From Bdellovibrionota bacterium (GTDB lineage Bacteria > Bdellovibrionota_C > UBA2361 > JBGSMV01), in NCBI GenBank assembly GCA_041739995.1, contig JBGSMV010000047.1:192001-256000 (forward strand): 64,000 bases of DNA, in the 5' to 3' direction. Positions within the stretch are counted from its first letter, which is position 1, and each line of letters opens with the position of its first letter. The position numbers and the translations under genes were made by a program. Positions 39,029 to 48,283 of the stretch are shown here, piece by piece. Under the pieces are notes generated by a model that was given only the letters and a program-made list of their open reading frames with translations, ran no database searches and was not told the origin of the DNA.

Positions 39029-40354
39029 ATGGTTCAGAGAGTCAGTCGCAGAGACTTTATGAGAACCCTGCTTTCAACAGGGGCTGGAATGTATGGGCTC
39101 TCGTTGTCTCCGAACGTAGCCAGTGCGCAAGCTGCGCATGGGTTCCGCGTACTCGTACGATTAGAGATGCTTGGAGGCTGTGATTCTCATTCGATGTGGC
39201 TTCCGCTCGATGGTGCGCGCTTCTCTGCGCTTGCCGCTCGTCGACCCGAGGGGATGTTTGCCTCGACCCCGTCAGGCGCACTTGATATTGGCTTTGGGCA
39301 GGGTATTGGGTTCCACCCTGCGCTTTCACCTCTCATTCCTCATGTCCCGCAGATGCGGCTATTCATGAACACCTCAAATGACCTTGCGAGAGGTCAAACC
39401 GGCTCACACGAGAATGCCCAGAATATCATGACGATTGGTACGCGTGAGACTGCCGGCAAGCTTAGAGGCTGGACTGGGGCGATTTTTGACAACGAACCAT
39501 CGTGTAAACTTATCACGTTTCTCGGTGCTCGCGGCGCAAATGGCAACTGCGACTCAACGACTTCTCGTTGCGCGGAGAGCCCACCGCCGACCATAGACAC
39601 GTTTGAGACTTTTAGATTCGACGGCTATTCATTTGATAGTCGTTTTGGCGGCGCCAATAATTCTCGGTACATTGCGAATGTTGTTCAGCGTCTTGCGGAG
39701 GCACGGAGCGGGCAAGAACCCCCATCTGTGGTCGAAGGCAAGTTTGGAGCTGCGATGCGTGCGGTATTTCCGGCAGTCGAGCAGGTGCAAGAGACTCTTT
39801 CTTACCAGTCTCCATTGTATGCCAGTTATGGAGCCTCAAAGCTTTCCCAGCAGTTAAGAAATATTGCGATGAAGATTCAGCAAATGGTGGCTCAGGGATC
39901 TTCCGAGCGGATAATTTTTGTGCTTGGAATTGGGAGTTTTGACTTTCATGATCGCTGGGCTATCCGTACTGAAGGCTTGATGTCAGATCTTGGATCGAGT
40001 CTGGGCGTGTTCATGAGCGATATTAACGCCATGAGTGCCGCGGACAATGTGGTGGTAGTGAGTGGTACCGAGTTTGGGCGTACCATCGCGACTAACGGAG
40101 CTGGCACGGATCACGGGCAAGCCTCTACCACGATGGTACTTGGCGGCAGGGTTCGAGGCGGATCGAACGCGGTGTTCGGAGATCTTCTGACCCCGACGGA
40201 GTTTTCATCGCTTACCGTTTCCCCCGCCCGAATGGACAATCGTGGGGTGATCTCGTCAGTGTTGAATGACTTTATGGGTATCTCCCATGAAAGCGCTTTC
40301 CCGGGCCCAGTAAGCTCGGAATTCACCATCGGAAACTATAACCTCTTTTCCTAG
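39029..40354 (+). CDS. DUF1501-family protein with Tat signal
   Basis: SRRDFM twin-arginine, LGGCDS, GFHPAL, FDFH, TEFGRT..NGAGTDHG. Confidence 0.9.
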   Translation: MVQRVSRRDFMRTLLSTGAGMYGLSLSPNVASAQAAHGFRVLVRLEMLGGCDSHSMWLPLDGARFSALAARRPEGMFASTPSGALDIGFGQGIGFHPALSPLIPHVPQMRLFMNTSNDLARGQTGSHENAQNIMTIGTRETAGKLRGWTGAIFDNEPSCKLITFLGARGANGNCDSTTSRCAESPPPTIDTFETFRFDGYSFDSRFGGANNSRYIANVVQRLAEARSGQEPPSVVEGKFGAAMRAVFPAVEQVQETLSYQSPLYASYGASKLSQQLRNIAMKIQQMVAQGSSERIIFVLGIGSFDFHDRWAIRTEGLMSDLGSSLGVFMSDINAMSAADNVVVVSGTEFGRTIATNGAGTDHGQASTTMVLGGRVRGGSNAVFGDLLTPTEFSSLTVSPARMDNRGVISSVLNDFMGISHESAFPGPVSSEFTIGNYNLFS

Positions 40355-40500
40355 GAGTCTGTGACACAGGCACAGACGACGTCCCGCCGACTTGTCCTCG
40401 GTAGCCTTGGCGGAAGAGGAAGCCTGCTCGAATTAAATGGCAGGACAGGAACATAGGAGCGAAGGCGGACTCTCATAAACATGGCTGCGCCACAGACTCT
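40354..40500. mobile_element. Repeat family 2 MITE-like element, copy 2, with nested insert
   Basis: Begins at the TAG stop: GGAGTCTGTGACA...GCCACAGACTC; shares gcacagacgacg, cccgccga, ctcgaatt, gagcgaaggcggac with 27119-27238. Confidence 0.8.
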
Positions 40501-40652
40501 AAGACCCCGGCCGTCTTTCGACTATGGGCATTGAACATTCTCGCTCCCGGAGAGAATAGTTGGGAATTGTCGCATTGGCCTACAAAATAGCTCACAGGCT
40601 ACTCGAGAACGCCGCTTGAGGATCGCTTCAGGCTTCAGTAGGCTCTCCAATT

Positions 40653-41651
40653 GTGGGAGATCAAGACGACCTAAAGAACGCTATCCAAGATTTTAATCGC
40701 GTATTCTCCGCGATCGAAGCCGAGTTGGGCCGAGTCATCGTTGGAAATAAGGATATCGTTCGACGAACTCTCTCGGCAATTTTCGCCGGTGGGCATGTGT
40801 TGCTTGAAGGTGTGCCGGGTCTTGGTAAGACCTTGCTCGTTAAGTCCGTGGCTCGTACGTTGGGGCTTAGTTTCAAGCGAATCCAATTCACACCTGATTT
40901 AATGCCTTCGGATGTGACCGGTACGCAGGTGCTCACCGAGGACGATAGCGGAAAGAGACGCTTTGTGTTCAAGGCCGGTCCAGTTTTCGCCAATATTGTG
41001 CTTGCGGATGAAATCAATCGTGCCACTCCGAAAACGCAAGCTGCGTTGCTCGAAGCAATGGAGGAGCGACAGGTAACCGTTTTGAACGAGACGCATCAAT
41101 TGCCTCTCCCGTTCTTTGTGCTTGCGACTCAGAATCCTGTCGAGCTTGAAGGGACGTATCCGCTTCCTGAGGCCCAGCTTGATCGTTTCATGATGAAGCT
41201 ACTGTTGGTTTCTCCCTCGCCCACGGAGTTGCAGGAGGTGTTGCTGCGCACCACAGGAGTAAAGGTGCCGGAAGCTGAGCCGGTCTTAAGCCCAGAGGAA
41301 GCAGGTAATCAGATAGAAGTTATGAAGCGGCTGGTTCGGCACGTGGTGATGGCAGATCCAATGTATCACGTGCTGGTACGAATGATTTCTGCACTTACCC
41401 CTACGAGCGAGTTTGCTACTGCGCTGACGAAGCAATATGTGCGCTTCGGTCCAGGACCAAGAGGAGCTCAGGCGATTGTTCTTAGCGCGAAAGTTTCAGC
41501 GCTTTTGGACGGGCGCATTAATGTTTCTTTTGACGACATTCGATCCGTCATTCTTCCGACGCTCCGACATCGAATGATTTTGAACTTTCAAGCAGAGGCT
41601 GATTCAGTCAGTGCTGATCAAATCATTGAACAAGTGCGAAGCGCGAAGTAG
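40653..41651 (+). CDS. moxR: MoxR-family AAA+ ATPase
   Basis: HVLLEGVPGLGKT, RIQFTPDLMPSD, LADEINRATPKTQAALLEAM, ATQNPVELEGTYPLPEAQLDRF. Confidence 0.96.
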   Translation: MGDQDDLKNAIQDFNRVFSAIEAELGRVIVGNKDIVRRTLSAIFAGGHVLLEGVPGLGKTLLVKSVARTLGLSFKRIQFTPDLMPSDVTGTQVLTEDDSGKRRFVFKAGPVFANIVLADEINRATPKTQAALLEAMEERQVTVLNETHQLPLPFFVLATQNPVELEGTYPLPEAQLDRFMMKLLLVSPSPTELQEVLLRTTGVKVPEAEPVLSPEEAGNQIEVMKRLVRHVVMADPMYHVLVRMISALTPTSEFATALTKQYVRFGPGPRGAQAIVLSAKVSALLDGRINVSFDDIRSVILPTLRHRMILNFQAEADSVSADQIIEQVRSAK

Positions 41652-41671
41652 CAAGGAGGGGGTGTAGGCTT

Positions 41672-42562
41672 ATGCCGAGTGAGATGATGGACGTCTTCAC
41701 TCCCAAATATCTTCGCATGCTTAATCTATTTCGGCTTCATGCCCGAAAAGCTTTTCTTGGTACAAGACAGGGTGGGCACCTTTCGCCCAAGCGTGGACAC
41801 GGCATCGAGTTTTCAGACTATCGACAATATGAGCTTGGCGATAACCCAAGGCACATCGATTGGGGGCTCTATGGGCGCACGGAACGTTTGTATGTGAAAA
41901 GGTTCCAAGAGGAACAAGATCTACAAGTCTTAATCGCAGTTGACGCAAGTGCCTCGATGGCGGCCGCCCCGCAGGATCTTAAGTGGGATCGCGCTCGCGA
42001 GATCGCGTTGTCCTTAGGCTACATCGCGCTCATGTCTCAAGATGCAGTTTCTATGGTTGCGCTGGGCTCTCAGTGCACCCCCTCACTTTCTGGTCCTAAG
42101 GCATTTCAGCATCTGCTGCGCTACATGCGGCAAGTGACACCGGGCGGCAGGGGAGACTTTTTTCGTGACCTTCAAAGTGCGGCGGCACGCGTGCGGTTCC
42201 CTGGCGTTGCGGTGGTTGTTTCCGACTGTTTGATTGAATTTGACCAGATCGAGGCCGGACTGAACGTGTTGCGTTCAAAAAATCTCGACATAACGCTCAT
42301 TCAAGTGCTTGGGACGAGCGATCGTAGTCTGTCTTTTGCGAGCGGAGGAGCGGTGCTGCATGATAGTGAATCCGCGGAGGAGGTTAGCCTCGTTGCTACC
42401 TTGGAGACGGAGCAGGAGTATCGCAAAGCGCTCCAGCAGCACTGTGAGCAGATTGAGGCCTTTTGTGGAGGTGCGCGAATTGGCTACGCGCTGGCATTGC
42501 CCGAGGAAGAGCTTGGGACATGGATGCAAGAGGCGCTACCTGCCATTGGCGTTCTTGGGTAG
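41672..42562 (+). CDS. DUF58 protein
   Basis: GHGIEFSDYRQYELGDNPRHIDW, VDASASM; downstream of moxR. Confidence 0.93.
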   Translation: MPSEMMDVFTPKYLRMLNLFRLHARKAFLGTRQGGHLSPKRGHGIEFSDYRQYELGDNPRHIDWGLYGRTERLYVKRFQEEQDLQVLIAVDASASMAAAPQDLKWDRAREIALSLGYIALMSQDAVSMVALGSQCTPSLSGPKAFQHLLRYMRQVTPGGRGDFFRDLQSAAARVRFPGVAVVVSDCLIEFDQIEAGLNVLRSKNLDITLIQVLGTSDRSLSFASGGAVLHDSESAEEVSLVATLETEQEYRKALQQHCEQIEAFCGGARIGYALALPEEELGTWMQEALPAIGVLG

Positions 42563-42563
42563 G

Positions 42564-42710
42564 CTGGTGCCACGAGTTAGAAGTTCATACCAGTATTTTT
42601 CTCGTTGTTCTCGCTGAACTCCTTGTGTAATTCATTAAATATATTCACAAAGAGCTCGGCGAGCGCAGCGAGAATAATTCATCTAGGGAACTCGTAACTC
42701 AGGATACTAG
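42564..42710 (+). repeat. Repeat family 1, copy B
   Basis: ctggtgccacgagttagaagttc...ttgtgtaattcattaaatatattcacaaagag...gaactcgtaactcaggatactag. Confidence 0.88.
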
Positions 42711-42753
42711 TACGGACTGAGTCACTCGAAGCAGTCTTTGGCAATTTGAGACC

Positions 42754-44706
42754 GTGGTGTTGGGATTAGGATTTCTTACCCCCGCTATTCTACTTCTTAG
42801 CCCATTGGCGCTGGGGGTGCTCTTGTATGCCTACCGCAGAGGAGGTCGCGCTCAACCCATTGTGGTTTCCTCGATCTTTCTTTTGCGAAAGCTTGCCCGA
42901 CAAGTGCCGGCACCCCGAAAAATTCGACCACCGCTACGTATGCTATTTGACCTGTTAGTGGTGCTGCTGATCATTGCGGCGGCAGCAGGAGCGTTTCTAC
43001 CAAACCAAGATTCCGAGGTTGTAATCCTTCTTGATAACTCGCTGAGCATGTCTGCACGAGTGTCTCCAGCGGTGAGCCTGCAAGGTCAAACCACAAGCAC
43101 AGTCTTTGAGCGAGCAAAGGAAGAAGCACGCAAGGCCTTGGATGACCTGCCCTTTGGAGCCGAGGTTGCTCTTTGGGTTACCTCTCCCTCACTTCGACTG
43201 GTCACCTCAGGATTTGTTTCTCTTTCGCTAGTGAGCGAGCAGATTTCTAAAGCTGAGTGGGTCTTTGGAAAAGATCATCTAGAGAGCGCGGTCGAACAAG
43301 TGATCTCTCAAGCTCAGCCTTCGCGCCTCATCGTAGTCAGTGATAAGCGGGTGCGAATCAAAGATTCAAGCGAGCCGGCGATCAACGTAGAGAGCCGACA
43401 AGTCGTTGCCGAAAGTGAACGGAACTTATCTATCGCCAATATTCGAGTAGTGTCGTCGAGCGGGGCGGTCTCCCGGCAAGCGGCGGCTTCTGAAGTGGAA
43501 GTGGAGATAGAGAACTTTGGCGGTAGCGGTGACCCTTCCACTGCAAAGGCCACCCTTTCACTCGAGCGATTTGATATTAAGAAAAGGACATTTTCTCCCC
43601 TTAGTAGCGAAGAAATAGTAATCCCCAAACAGGAAGCAAAACGCGTTCGGGTAAAGATTCCGGCAGAGATTGAGGCATTTCGTGCGACTGTTCGCACTGG
43701 TGCAGGGAGCGCCTCTGGAACGAGCGATGTTATCGCGCAAGATAATGTCGCTTTTGTAGTCGTTACGAATTCAGGTTCCAAGCTGGCGGTAGTGAGTGAC
43801 TTGTCCATTAAGGACCTGGGTATTGTACGTCTGCCGAGTTTTGCCTTTGAAAGTATGAGCCCTGAACAATATGAGGCAAGGGGGCTCTCGCCAGACGTTC
43901 AGGCAGTATTGTTCCACCGGTACGTGCCGCGTGTATTGCCAGACGTAGCAGCCTTGGTGATTGCGCCGCCGAGTGATAACGCGCTTTTGCCCGTTGCGCG
44001 CGTGGCGCAGGACGTTCGAGTTGCCGACTGGCGGGTGGGGCATCCACTTACCCGCTACATCACGTTCTCGGCGCTCTCTCTCCCACAGCAGCAGGTCTTG
44101 CGAGTCCCTGGTTGGGGTACGGAAGTGTTTCGTACCACAGCGGGCACCGCACTTTACTCCGGGGAGTTTCAAGGACGACGAGTAGCGGTATGCGGATTTG
44201 AGCTGTTTCCCTATCAAGCGAGTAGGTCGCCTCTATTGAGCGTGATGTTTCTGAACCTCCTGCAGTGGCTGATGGAAAATGGAATCGGCGTGGGATTCGG
44301 CGCGCCTTACACCTCAATACTCGTGGAGCCCTCGACCTCTGCGACTGAGATTTTCGGTGTGACCGGCAACCCTGAATCTCTCGCGGTAAATAGCGCCAAA
44401 GAAGGGCGCTTTGTGGTGTCGCCACAGCCTGGTGTGGTGCTCAGTTCAGACGACAAGGGAGTAAGAGTGTCCAGCGCGGTGAATTTCTTCGATCGTGATG
44501 AGTCGGCCCTCAGACAAGGAGAAGTGATAGAGATAAGTCTCATGAATGCGTTCGCTGAACCTAGAAAGCGAGGCCTGTCATTGGTCGAATGGGCTTCACG
44601 AATTGCCTTGTTTCTTCTTTTTTGTGAATTTCTCATTCAACTATTGCGACGAGTATTTCGTAGTAGACGAGACCAGGGATTGAGGAAGCAGTCGTATGCA
44701 AGTTGA
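42754..44706 (+). CDS. BatA-N / vWA domain membrane protein
   Basis: N-terminal double TM with VVSSIFLL, MIDAS LDNSLSM, VVSD, C-terminal TM. Confidence 0.85.
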   Translation: MVLGLGFLTPAILLLSPLALGVLLYAYRRGGRAQPIVVSSIFLLRKLARQVPAPRKIRPPLRMLFDLLVVLLIIAAAAGAFLPNQDSEVVILLDNSLSMSARVSPAVSLQGQTTSTVFERAKEEARKALDDLPFGAEVALWVTSPSLRLVTSGFVSLSLVSEQISKAEWVFGKDHLESAVEQVISQAQPSRLIVVSDKRVRIKDSSEPAINVESRQVVAESERNLSIANIRVVSSSGAVSRQAAASEVEVEIENFGGSGDPSTAKATLSLERFDIKKRTFSPLSSEEIVIPKQEAKRVRVKIPAEIEAFRATVRTGAGSASGTSDVIAQDNVAFVVVTNSGSKLAVVSDLSIKDLGIVRLPSFAFESMSPEQYEARGLSPDVQAVLFHRYVPRVLPDVAALVIAPPSDNALLPVARVAQDVRVADWRVGHPLTRYITFSALSLPQQQVLRVPGWGTEVFRTTAGTALYSGEFQGRRVAVCGFELFPYQASRSPLLSVMFLNLLQWLMENGIGVGFGAPYTSILVEPSTSATEIFGVTGNPESLAVNSAKEGRFVVSPQPGVVLSSDDKGVRVSSAVNFFDRDESALRQGEVIEISLMNAFAEPRKRGLSLVEWASRIALFLLFCEFLIQLLRRVFRSRRDQGLRKQSYAS

Positions 44707-47350
44707 ATTTTCTGCACTCGACCCATGGTTTGTCTCAATCGTGCTGTTTGCGTTGGTAGCAGTCGGCTTGCTGTTACTGTTTCTGGCCCAACGCGGTAAG
44801 GGTTTCTCGCTACGTTCGTTGTGGCCATTGGTGCTGCGCACCATCTCAATCACATTACTATTGTTGGCACTTGCCGGCCCAGTGCTTGTAGACGAGCGAC
44901 GGGAGTCTCGGATTGTTGCAGCTATCGATTTATCCGAGAGCATGGATGACACCACCGCCTCAAAACTTTTAGAGCGCGCTGCGGGTCTTCTTGCTTCGGC
45001 AAAGGTTGATCGAGTTGAATTTGCTGGGATGGCTACTCATCAAGCAGGCTTGAATGCCGAAAGATGGGATTTCCGTTCTATGCGAAAAGAGGCGGGAGCC
45101 CTAAATGTAGGGGAGACCGACATTGAGAGCGCATTCAAGAATATTCTTGGCGTGGATATTGGTGCTGCGTGGCAAGTAGGAAGTGACGAAAGAGTTGAAG
45201 GGTTAGAGAACTTCGTACCCGTACTGCTTATTTCTGATGGACACGAGACGAAGGGAGATGCGCGTGGATTGCTTCCGTCTTTACGGCAAGGGCAATACCG
45301 ATTATTTCCGATTACTCCTCAAGAAATGGAGTCGGCGGGCGAAGCGTTTTCTCTCTCTAGTTTGCACGCTCCCTTAGTGGCTCCCGCTCAGAAGAGCGTG
45401 GAAGTTTCTGTGGCGGTGCGAAACACAACAGGGGCTGAGCAAGGTGGAATATTGCGGGTCCAGCATGACAAAAACACGATTCTCGAACGACGGGTAAAGG
45501 TAAAAGCACAAAGCGAAGTGTTGCTTTCAACTCAGAGCGACCCCTCTCAGGATGGCATCAAGCAGATAGTCGCGACGTTCATCCCGGATGATGAGAACGT
45601 GGCGAAGAGCGAAAGGCGAGTTTTTCTCTCTGGTGAGCCGCGCGAGCGAGTATTGGTGATGAATGGAGAAAGTGTCGATTCCCGATTCCTGGACGAGGCC
45701 TTGAAGGGAAATGCCTACCAGGTCGAATCGGTGGTCGCTAAGAAAAGTACGACGCTATTTGGTGAGCTAGAGAAATTCTCGACGGTGATTTTGAATAATG
45801 TTGCGTTGCGCCAATTGCCTGATGCTGCGCAAGCGCAGCTGCGCCGTTTTGTGGAGTCGGGCGGCGGTCTGGTGGTGAGCGGCGGAGCCCAGAGTTTTGG
45901 ACTCGGAGGGTATCAAAACTCAGCGCTCGATGACTTGTTGCCCGTCAGGAGTATTCCTCCTCGCGCAGAGGAGAAGCGGCTAAACGTGGCAGTGCAGCTG
46001 GTTATTGATAAGTCTCAAAGCATGAGCAAGGAGCAGCGCCTAGAATTTGCTAAAGAAGCAGCGCGTGGTGTTGTGCAGAGCTTAAAGGATGAAGATTACA
46101 TCGGTGTCATTGGATTCGATTTAACTCCCTTTGAGGTGCTTAAAACCACGATTGTGGGCGGGAATCGAGAGTACGCAATCGAGCGCATCGGGCGTATGTA
46201 CCCAAAAGATCAAACCTGGCTTCTTCCGGCTCTCAGAGAGGCGCGTCGGCGCCTGGAAGCGACTCCGGCCGGACGCAAGCACATGATAATTGTGACCGAC
46301 GGACAGCTTCGAGATGCGGGGCCAGTGTACCTTGAAGATGTGCGTCAGGCGCGACTTCTTGGAATTACTGTCTCTACCGTTTTGATCGGAGGAGAGTTTG
46401 ATTTTGGGTTTCTTAGATCTTTAAGTGAGGCGGGTGGCGGAAGATTTTATGCCGTGAATGACCCCAGCCAGCTTCCGCGTATTTTTATTCAGGATGTTAC
46501 AGTGCGTTCTGGAGAAAAAACTCTTCGGGAAAATGAAAAGTTCCCCGTGCGCTTTGGCTCTGGAGACGTGCGTAGTACCACCATTCGTAGCTTTCCCTTT
46601 TTAAAAGGCTTCGTTGAAACGCGCATCAAGCCGGAAGCAAACTATGAGCTCGCGGTGGCGAGCGGTGTTGACCTGCAACCGCTACTCGCCTCGTGGATGC
46701 GCGGCAAGGGCAAAGTGATCGCCTATACCTCTGACAACAACGGTCGCTGGTCTAGCGAATGGGTGGGGTGGCGTCAGTATCGGCAGTTCTGGTCGAATGT
46801 GGTTGATGCGACCAGGAGCGATGCAGCAGATGAGTCAAAGAACATCCGATTTGATCTCCGTCACTTTGTCTCCGGCAACTCCCTTGAGATGGAAGTAGCG
46901 GTCTTCGATGACATTGGGGCCTTGCCATTGCAGGCCGAGGTCGTGCTGCCTTCGGGCGACAAGGCCGAGGTTAAATTTCAACGGGTTTCCAAAGGACGGT
47001 ACTCCGCCTCGATTCCACGAGCGACTGCCGGTACCTTTCGTGTTGCTTTGGCAGCGGAGAGCTCAAAGTTTCGATTCACTCCCGTTGCATTTGATGTTTC
47101 CGGTGAATCCTTTGGAGAACAGAAGGGGTTAGGCTTTAACATTCCATTTCTTGAAGAACTTTCGCGCGCGACTGGAGGAGTAACGAACCCCAAAGTGGAA
47201 CAGCTTCTTAATGCAGTGCAGCGGTATAAAGTACGCTCAGACCTTCGACACTACTTTCTGTTGGCGGCGCTCTTGGTGCTATTGCTTGAGGTTCTCCATA
47301 GAGAACTAGGCTTAAGAGTCTGGCGCAGGGGCATGCGGGCGCGCGCGTAG
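44696..47350 (+). CDS. Double vWA domain membrane protein with amidotransferase-like insert
   Basis: IDLSESM and IDKSQSM MIDAS motifs, LISDG, IVTDG, FVESGGGLVVSGG..SFGLGGY, C-terminal TM. Confidence 0.87.
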   Translation: MQVEFSALDPWFVSIVLFALVAVGLLLLFLAQRGKGFSLRSLWPLVLRTISITLLLLALAGPVLVDERRESRIVAAIDLSESMDDTTASKLLERAAGLLASAKVDRVEFAGMATHQAGLNAERWDFRSMRKEAGALNVGETDIESAFKNILGVDIGAAWQVGSDERVEGLENFVPVLLISDGHETKGDARGLLPSLRQGQYRLFPITPQEMESAGEAFSLSSLHAPLVAPAQKSVEVSVAVRNTTGAEQGGILRVQHDKNTILERRVKVKAQSEVLLSTQSDPSQDGIKQIVATFIPDDENVAKSERRVFLSGEPRERVLVMNGESVDSRFLDEALKGNAYQVESVVAKKSTTLFGELEKFSTVILNNVALRQLPDAAQAQLRRFVESGGGLVVSGGAQSFGLGGYQNSALDDLLPVRSIPPRAEEKRLNVAVQLVIDKSQSMSKEQRLEFAKEAARGVVQSLKDEDYIGVIGFDLTPFEVLKTTIVGGNREYAIERIGRMYPKDQTWLLPALREARRRLEATPAGRKHMIIVTDGQLRDAGPVYLEDVRQARLLGITVSTVLIGGEFDFGFLRSLSEAGGGRFYAVNDPSQLPRIFIQDVTVRSGEKTLRENEKFPVRFGSGDVRSTTIRSFPFLKGFVETRIKPEANYELAVASGVDLQPLLASWMRGKGKVIAYTSDNNGRWSSEWVGWRQYRQFWSNVVDATRSDAADESKNIRFDLRHFVSGNSLEMEVAVFDDIGALPLQAEVVLPSGDKAEVKFQRVSKGRYSASIPRATAGTFRVALAAESSKFRFTPVAFDVSGESFGEQKGLGFNIPFLEELSRATGGVTNPKVEQLLNAVQRYKVRSDLRHYFLLAALLVLLLEVLHRELGLRVWRRGMRARA

Positions 47351-47493
47351 GTCCTTTCGCTTTTCTCGATTCATATCCACACGAGCAGAAAGTCGGTGAG
47401 AATCTGTTAATTTTAACTAATATTTACCTAATATCAGTAAATCATTCATTTTGGTCATGGGCGTCAAAGTCACCCCATTGACCAAAAGATTGC

Positions 47494-48210
47494 ATGCAGA
47501 TCTCATCACACAAACTAGAGCCAGAGCCGCCGCACATAGAAGGTCGGGAAACCTTTGGTCCATTGTTGAACTCCCTGCAGGGCCTCTCAGGCGTAGTGAT
47601 TCTATTCGGTGGGACCTTTGATCCGCCACATTGCGGGCATATAGAACTGGCTCGTGCGGCACTCAACTCCTTTTCCGATGCATTGCTCGTCTTTGTCCCC
47701 ACTGCTCAAAATCCATTGAAGTTGAACCATCCTGGGGCGAACGCTGACGAACGTCTTGAAATGCTGTGTGCAGCGGTGGCGGGCGAAGAGCGAATGAAGG
47801 TTTGCCCCGCGCAATTGCGAAGAGAAGTTGGAAATTACACTATCGATTTAGTGCGAGCCCTGAAAAGCTCCTCTCCTGAGGCCGAAGCGGTGCTGCTTAT
47901 AGGGTCCGATTGTCTTGAGACATTGCCGGGTTGGCGCGCCGCCGAGGAGTTACTCGAATTGGCGACCCCGTTAGTTTTTCAAAGACCAGGTAAAGTGGAA
48001 GCAGCCACAATTCTTGAATCCCAAGTCCTGTCTGCGAAGGCACAAGAAAAGTTGAGGGGTGCGCTACACACGGGGCAACTATGGGAGATTAGCAGCACTG
48101 AAATTAGAGCTCGACGAGCGCGCGGTGAGGATTGTGTTAAACTCGTTCCGCCTGAGGTGAATCGCTTGATGATAGAGTTGGGTCTCTATAGAGGAGAGCA
48201 GGCGAATTGA
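47494..48210 (+). CDS. nadD: Nicotinate-nucleotide adenylyltransferase
   Basis: FGGTFDPPHCGH, YTID, LIGSD, ISSTEIR; start uncertain. Confidence 0.93.
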   Translation: MQISSHKLEPEPPHIEGRETFGPLLNSLQGLSGVVILFGGTFDPPHCGHIELARAALNSFSDALLVFVPTAQNPLKLNHPGANADERLEMLCAAVAGEERMKVCPAQLRREVGNYTIDLVRALKSSSPEAEAVLLIGSDCLETLPGWRAAEELLELATPLVFQRPGKVEAATILESQVLSAKAQEKLRGALHTGQLWEISSTEIRARRARGEDCVKLVPPEVNRLMIELGLYRGEQAN

Positions 48211-48283
48211 TTTCCCGTCGTGGGGTGATATTACCGCAGGGGCAAATTTAATAGCTAGAACAAAACTTAAGGGGCACTGCAGT

